Shown: positions 57,351-64,000 of the stretch, one piece after another
How positions within the stretch are numbered: position 1 is the stretch's first letter
Layout of the letters: every line of letters starts with the position of its first letter
Source: Eledone cirrhosa
Lineage: Eukaryota
DNA length: 64,000 bases
Assembly (NCBI GenBank): GCA_964016885.1
Contig: OZ024750.1
Span: 45,198,001 to 45,262,000, forward strand
Direction: 5' to 3'
Notes under the pieces: generated by a model
What the model was told of the DNA's origin: nothing
What the model saw: the letters and a program-made list of their open reading frames with translations, nothing else
Database searches by the model: none
Program-made: the position numbers and the translations under genes

Positions 57351-59205
57351 TTAAGTTATTTTATAGTGAGAGAATTTAGCTTTTAGTTTGTGGTTGCAGT
57401 ATAATGATCGTTCAATTCTATCGTTAAGTAGTTTGTTTTGGGATTTTAATATGTAAAAGAGCTCAAGGTTACATAACCTGCAGTACTTCAATCCACTCCG
57501 ATATGCACTTGCGCTGGAAAGTATATCCCATTTTAAGGTGAACTGTTGGTTGTGTTCACGGAGTTGCCAGGTCTTGTTGGCGAGCGTGGTCACAAAACGG
57601 TGATTCGGATGTTTGATTGAGAATCGATGACAGTACCAGCGAGATTTAAACGATGTGGTGGTAGATCCGATGTAATACCATTTCTGGTCGTTCGATTCAA
57701 CCGTGCATTGGTAAACAATGTTGGACTTTAGGCATTCATTCTTCAATGGACATCTTTCAGGTAGATGGCAGTTACATTCTTTGTTGTGGGTAGCGGGTAC
57801 ACCATGGATAGGTTGTGATAGCGGTACAGGTGGGTTGTGAAATACCCGTCTCCCATTTAGTGGTTGGGAGGCAGATATTGCGTTCTGCCCATCTGTTACT
57901 AAAATGTTTTGTTTTGTAGAGTTGTTTAATTGCCTTAAGTTAAGTTTTTTTATGTATGCTTCAAGGTTTGGTGCCGTGGAGTATGATAGTCTAATAGTTT
58001 TAGAGTTCAGAATTTTGCTGTATTTATGGGAACTAGGGAAGTGTTTGTTGATTAACTTAAAGAATGAAAGAGATAGTTTTGTACTAATCGAGGCATTAAA
58101 AATAGGATTGTACCAGATATACTTTCTACAACGTGATTTATTTGGTAGTGATCTTCTATTATTAGTATGTCTGGTGGTACTGTGTGTGTGTGCTTGTGTT
58201 TTAGTCCCCCGGTTACGTATTCCTTGATTTCTTCTAGAGCTATGTGTGTTATGGAAATTCCTATCGATGTATTCTATTGTATCCCGGTGGTCGGCATTCC
58301 TTAATGCATTATTGTAGTATTCAGCGTGTTCACTAAAAATATCAGAGTTAGACGATAGGCGAGAGATTCTAAGAGAAATACTCCGGGGAACTGATTTGAT
58401 CATGGAGAGTGGGTGGTTAGAGTTAAAGTCAATATACGTAAGGTTCTCATTTACCTTGTGAAAGGGTCGTATCTGTCCGGTATTTAAATTAAGAGTTACG
58501 TCCAGAAAGTTTACTACTTTAAGATTTATTCGTATGTTATTTTTAGACCCAGTTCACTAAAAGATTTTCTAATATTTTTCCGTAGCCTTTCAAGATTTTG
58601 GTTATTCAAGTTATTAACTAATAAGAGCCCGTCATCTCTGTATATCCCCCCCTGTAGATTACTAAATTTACTATGTAATATGTGGGCTATGTAAATTCCC
58701 ACGAGATCCGTGACCTCCGCCGAGTCGTTGGAACCCATGGTAATATCGAAATTTGTGGGTCTGTCCTTACGTTCCCAGTAGCAGTTATCGAATTTAATAA
58801 TGGTTTTTCTAGCCTCGAGAATAATATTAATTTCGTCCTCCGTTAGGTCGGAATTGGCCTTAGCAAACGATAGGGCCTTACGTAAAGTGCTTGGTGAGAT
58901 GGAAGAGTAGTATTCGTCTATGTCAAATTGTATAAACTTAGATTTATTCTTATTCTTAACATTATTAAACCAGCGAATTGCTTCGCTAGTGTTGCCCCAT
59001 AATTTAATTTCTTTTTCACTTGAGTTATTACTCTGTCAAGTATATGTTTGCTAATTTTCCCTACGTCTGATTTAGAAGGGCATATAAGTCTGATCTTAGG
59101 GTTAGAGTCAAAATTTACCTTATGGTCCTTCAGGTTGAAGGTGGGGGTAGCGGGTATAATCGGCTCGGTTCTATCGTCTATTTTGAGATTCTTCATAATT
59201 TTCTT
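57351..59205 (-). pseudogene. PLE reverse transcriptase / GIY-YIG endonuclease, two frameshifts (~59005, ~58525)
   Basis: LKDHK..RLICP..FIQFDIDEYYSSI..MGSNDSAEVTDLVG..YRDDGL..NFLDVTL..SNHP; CNC..CPL..C..IVYQCTV..YIGST..FKSR..H..CRLC. Confidence 0.92.
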
Positions 59206-59248
59206 TTTCCCGCTGTTATTATTGTCCATAAGTATGCTGTTCTCGTTG

Positions 59249-59322
<74 letters not shown>

Positions 59323-59325
59323 ATA

Positions 59326-59586
<261 letters not shown>

Positions 59587-60099
59587 ATATATAACATACA
59601 TATGTTTTATAGTCAATGTTTTCGTTTCACTAGTTTGACCAATGGGTCTGTAAATTGTGTTATCAGCGTGTTTAGCCGTCTATTTACTTAGAAATTCTGT
59701 GTTTAGTATAAATCTACTAAGGTGTTGAAAGTGAAGACAATGATTTACATCTTTTGTTTCTATGATAATAATGTTAGTGTTAGAGTGTGATGGGTGATAC
59801 GGGGTGACATTTTCTCTCCTCTCTTCTATAATAAATGATGATACTCTATGGCGTTACTGAACAATGAAGATGATCGATTTTTTTGACGTCTTCTTGCTTT
59901 TGATCATTTAGTTGTCAGTTCACTAATTCCTTAATATCATAGACTACGTTGTTGCCTTCATTGTTGTTATTATTGTTGTTATTATTGTTGTTCTTGTTGC
60001 TGTTAGCATTATTTTCTTCTTCTCGCTGTTATTATTGTCCATAAGTATGCTCTTCTCGTTGTTATTGTTGTCTTTATTTATACTATTATTATTATTGTT

Positions 60100-60280
60100 G
60101 TCGGTGAATTGTTAGAGGCTTGGACATGCTTTGAAGCATAGAGTTAACTCCCTTTATGATCTGAATTCAAATCCCGCCGAGGTTAACTTTGCCTTTCATC
60201 CTTACGGGGTCGATAAAATAAAGTACCAGTAATGTACCAGGTAATTGCTGGCTTTGTGCCCAAAGTAGAAACAATTATTG
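60100..60280 (+). mobile_element. ~200-bp family SINE
   Basis: Family sequence; fragments also at 47738-47865 and 62160-62222. Confidence 0.8.
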
Positions 60281-61449
60281 TTTTTATTAGTCTTGTTCTT
60301 GTTGCTGTTATTAGCATTACTTTTATTTTTCTCGCTGTTATTATTGTCCATATTTATGCTCTTCTCGTTGTTATTGTTGTCTCTATTAATGCTATTATTA
60401 TTATTGTTGTCTTTATTTATGCTATTGATGTTGTTATTGTTGTTAAAGACGTTTAATCTTTGACCAGTCTGTATTTATCTATATACTCGACTACATTAAT
60501 GTCTCCTTACTTGTCACCTAATGCGGCATTGTATGACTTCAATGAGATCTGGCTGCTGTTTCTAGTAAGATAAGCAATCACCTAGAAGCTACCATAAAGG
60601 TCATCTATGAAACACATTGTCAACTGATCTAACTTAATGTCATTATACATCTTCACTGCTGTTTTAGTTGCTATTCTTGCCACAATTCTGCTTCTTACCA
60701 GGAGTATTATCAATGGAAATATTTCTACTGCTACTGCTACTGCTGATGTTGCTGCTACTGCTACTGTTATTGCTGCTGTTGATGTGGCTGCAGCTGTTGT
60801 TTTTATAGTTGTTGCTGTTGCTATATAACTACAAACAAAGGCTACTTAAACTGATAGACGAAGGTGTCATTTTTCTAACCACAATATTATTAGCTCTTTC
60901 GCATTCACCTGCTTCTAGAAAGTCTTATTTTTCCAACACTAGCCAACACTTCTCTGCTTCTTCAACAAGAGATTAAACAGAAAGCGACGACAGAGTCAAT
61001 AATTAATAATAATAATAACTGGTCTGAGGGGAAACCTCTACGTGATCAAATGGCATGCTGGAAATAGTAGTTAACACTCTATCTTCAACCAGACAATGGT
61101 GTTTATGATTTAGAGGGATATAGACGTTGTATGAGGCAAAAAAGTATATGACATGAAGGGATGCTCACGCTTGGAATGTCTTCGTTATAAGACAGTTGAT
61201 ACAGGACTTAAATAAAATTCAACAACTAAAAACAGGCACTAATATTGTTTCTTAACTCTAACCCTAGCCCTAAACCTGACCCTAAACCTAACCAGAGATA
61301 TTAAGGTGGAAAATCAATTAATTATACCGAGCACACTACTGCATAGGAGTGAATGTTATCGAACCCTTGTAGGAAGAACATCAAAATAGAGCATATTTAG
61401 CTGTAAACGGTGAATGGATTAATGATTTCTTTTATTTACATTAAATATA

Positions 61450-61995
61450 TTGGGTTATGACCGAAAGAATACAATCGCGAATACAAACGTCGAAATGGAG
61501 TTCCTCCGAAGTATCTTTGGTGTATCGTTACTCGATAAAATACGTAGCTCGGAGATCAGAGAGTCACTCCAGGTAGAACCGTTTCTTCGCCGAATTGAGA
61601 GATCACAGCTCCCATACTATGGGCAAGTGGTTAGAATGTCTGAGTAAAGAATATCTGGATCGAGAGGTCACAGCTCCGATACTTTGGACTTGTGGTTAGA
61701 ATGTCTGAGTAAAGAATCTCTGGATCGAGAGGTCACAGCTCCGATACTATGGACTTGTGGTTAGTATGTTTCAGGAAAGAATCTGTGGAAAGATTTTACG
61801 GGCAAAACCAACTGGCAGGAGACCCAATATTAGACATCGTCTAAGATAGTTGCATAACATCCATGAGCTTGGATGGTCTCGCTTGGGGATCCTACCGGAT
61901 TAGTCAGAGACGGTTGCTTCTGACAGGACCTGTTGGAAGTAGTGTGTCAGGACTCTGTCCACACTTTAAGGGTCCAGTGGGCGAAGATGAAGTAG
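61450..61995 (+). mobile_element. Decayed RTE-type LINE 3' fragment
   Basis: EMEFLRSIFGVSLLDKIRSSEIRESL..IERSQL.YYGQVVRM with internal ~60-bp triplication; ends LGWSRLGI..VASDR. Confidence 0.8.
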
Positions 61996-62756
61996 ATATT
62001 GGTTACATGATAGCTTCACGTTGGTTTTTTTCCATATTGAGTTCTATATTTAGAATTTCCAGGAAAATATATAATTTATGTATGTTACGAATTTTGTAAT
62101 ATTCGTAACATACATAAATTATATATTTTATGAATTATATATTTTATAAATTATATAATAAAGCAGCAGTAATGTACTGGGATAATTGCTGGCCTTGTGC
62201 CAAAAAGTAGAAACAATTATTAATATTCGAAAAACTTCTATTTTCTCTATTGCATCTCCGTTGATTACACAAATATATATGCATTTATTCATTTATCTCG
62301 CAAAGATATAATTATGATTATGTCTTGGTAAACAAAAATCTGGATATAAATACGTATCATAGATTGAGTTAGACACTCAAAATAGTATTTTACAATTAAA
62401 TAGCTCAAAGAAGGGAATCTTTCAGAGCCGTGTAATATAACTGGATATATGAGAGGGATGAACACAGATGTAAGTATACATGTGTTCCAATTGCAAAAGA
62501 CCAAGTTAGCAAGGTTGAAAAAATACTAATTTAAAACAATATGGTTTACCGATTCGATTTAACGTAATAGATCAATAAAAATACCAAACCTATATCGGGC
62601 AAATAGTCTATGATACCCGGATAGATGTAAATCTGTTTCGCAAGAACTATTAAGTGAAAGGTAGAATTCCTGTGCTCTTCTGCGGGCATCCAGGAAAATT
62701 CGTAACTTTCGCTTCGAAGGATCTAAGAAGACTGCATTTACACAAACACACACACA

Positions 62757-62791
<35 letters not shown>

Positions 62792-62836
62792 TATAATTCA
62801 AACTATTAACAAAATAGATATTCTTGTGATCAAGTA

Positions 62837-62903
62837 TATTTTATTATACATATTTCAGAGCTACTGAGTTAACTTCAACAGTACGTCCTCATCAGATAAA
62901 ATA
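62837..62903 (-). ncRNA. Type I hammerhead ribozyme
   Basis: tattttat-CTGATGA-ggacgtactg..cagtagctct-GAAA-TATGTA-TA-ataaaata. Confidence 0.85.
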
Positions 62904-63046
62904 GGATGATGCATGACATACCCTGACATAGTAGATGGTTATGATTCAGGCATGGTAGTGAGTAATATATGACAAAACACAATATTTATATACCTTAATA
63001 TTGAGAACATGAGAACAATTATAGTATACATAAATTGTTTAACTTT

Positions 63047-63158
<112 letters not shown>

Positions 63159-63482
63159 AGTCGTTTGGAAGCCTCGACAATGAAAATGGGTAAATCTCCG
63201 GGTAACAAGATCCGGTGGTGGAGAGCGAGATGTAAGTGAGTGTACGTTGAGATGCGTGGTGTGTATGAGATGGGTAGAAGAGTGAAGGAAAGAGTATAAA
63301 GGGTAAAATAAAATAACAACACGAGAGAGAGTTACGTTGGGAGAGATTTAATAGTCCCTATATATTTCGGATTCACTTCCATCAACTGGGTTTTTTTTCC
63401 GGGGTGGGGTAAATGTTGTCTGTCGGACAAGTGCGAAACGCGTCCTCCGCTGTTTGTTGTTTGTTGTTTTGAATATATTTAT

Positions 63483-63651
63483 AAGTTTTAATATAGATGA
63501 GATTCTACAGGATTAGAACTGTTTCTGATGATTTCTAAAGAATGAAACAGTTCTAGTCCTGTAGAATCTCAACTATATTAAAACTTTTATGCTCTGCAAT
63601 GTATTGAGTACCTTACTTACTGTGGTTACCTCCGATTCAACCTGGAATAAC

Positions 63652-63652
<1 letters not shown>
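63483..63652 (+). mobile_element. Family D palindrome+tail element with hammerhead core at the centre
   Basis: Arms 63483-63525/63544-63586; centre CTGATGA-tttctaaagaat-GAAA-cagttctag-TC; fragment at ~16725-16755. Confidence 0.8.
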
Positions 63653-63703
<51 letters not shown>

Positions 63704-63819
63704 AACTAGCCAGCCCGCCAACAAGCTAAAGACACTAGTTAGACAATCAACAAAACAAGCTGCTAATCTAGAGAACTAATCAACCAAAAAACCAACAATC
63801 CAACAGATCAATAAGCCGA

Positions 63820-64000
63820 CCAAACAGAATCCAGATACCCGGCAAGCGAGGGATACAGATAGCCGGCAAGCCAGGAATCCAAACAGCCAGCAAGCCAGCA
63901 AGCCAGGAATCCATATAGCCGGCAATCCAGGAATCCAGATAGCCGGCAAACCAGCAAGCCAGCAAGCCAGCTAGACATCAAGCCGGCTAGCTAGCAAGCC
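63820..64000. repeat. Minisatellite of 24-mer gaatccagatagccggcaagccag and 8-mer ccagcaag
   Basis: Direct inspection; runs off the window end. Confidence 0.85.

Larger units (their letters stand above)
56551..59205 (-). mobile_element. 5'-truncated Penelope-like retroelement (Naiad-like)
   Basis: RT + C-terminal GIY-YIG ORF, ~800-nt 3' region with hammerhead, 3' end abuts (TA)n. Confidence 0.9.

Noticed and set aside
57100-58403. Selenoprotein/SECIS as described for some Naiad PLEs
   Set aside because: No in-frame UGA in the endonuclease region and no SECIS-like stem seen downstream
62064-62129. 29-bp-arm perfect AT-rich palindrome (also a small IR at 6240-6299)
   Set aside because: Real, but no tail, TSD, ribozyme or second copy to interpret it

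Overview
AT-rich, microsatellite-saturated, non-coding animal DNA; the SINE and microsatellite content suggests a cephalopod such as Octopus (inference). I find no intact host gene, and almost all listed ORFs are translations of simple repeats. The real content is mobile DNA: a frameshifted Penelope-like element (RT with YRDD, GIY-YIG endonuclease, 3' hammerhead ribozyme), R4/Dong-type LINE fragments in (TATG)n, a Tx1/L1-type LINE end in (GATA)n, RTE-type LINE ends, a rearranged tRNA-Trp-primed Gypsy element, two hAT MITEs with 8-bp TSDs and many tRNA-derived SINEs. The main hidden signal is a dense set of type-I hammerhead ribozymes, about a dozen complete or near-complete. They sit in several families of short non-autonomous inserts in (TA)n tracts. 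Many of these inserts are 'palindrome + tail' structures whose fold-back point lies inside the ribozyme: at the stem II loop, the CUGANGA box, stem III, or the predicted cleavage site. All structures were read by eye; coordinates may be off by a few bases.
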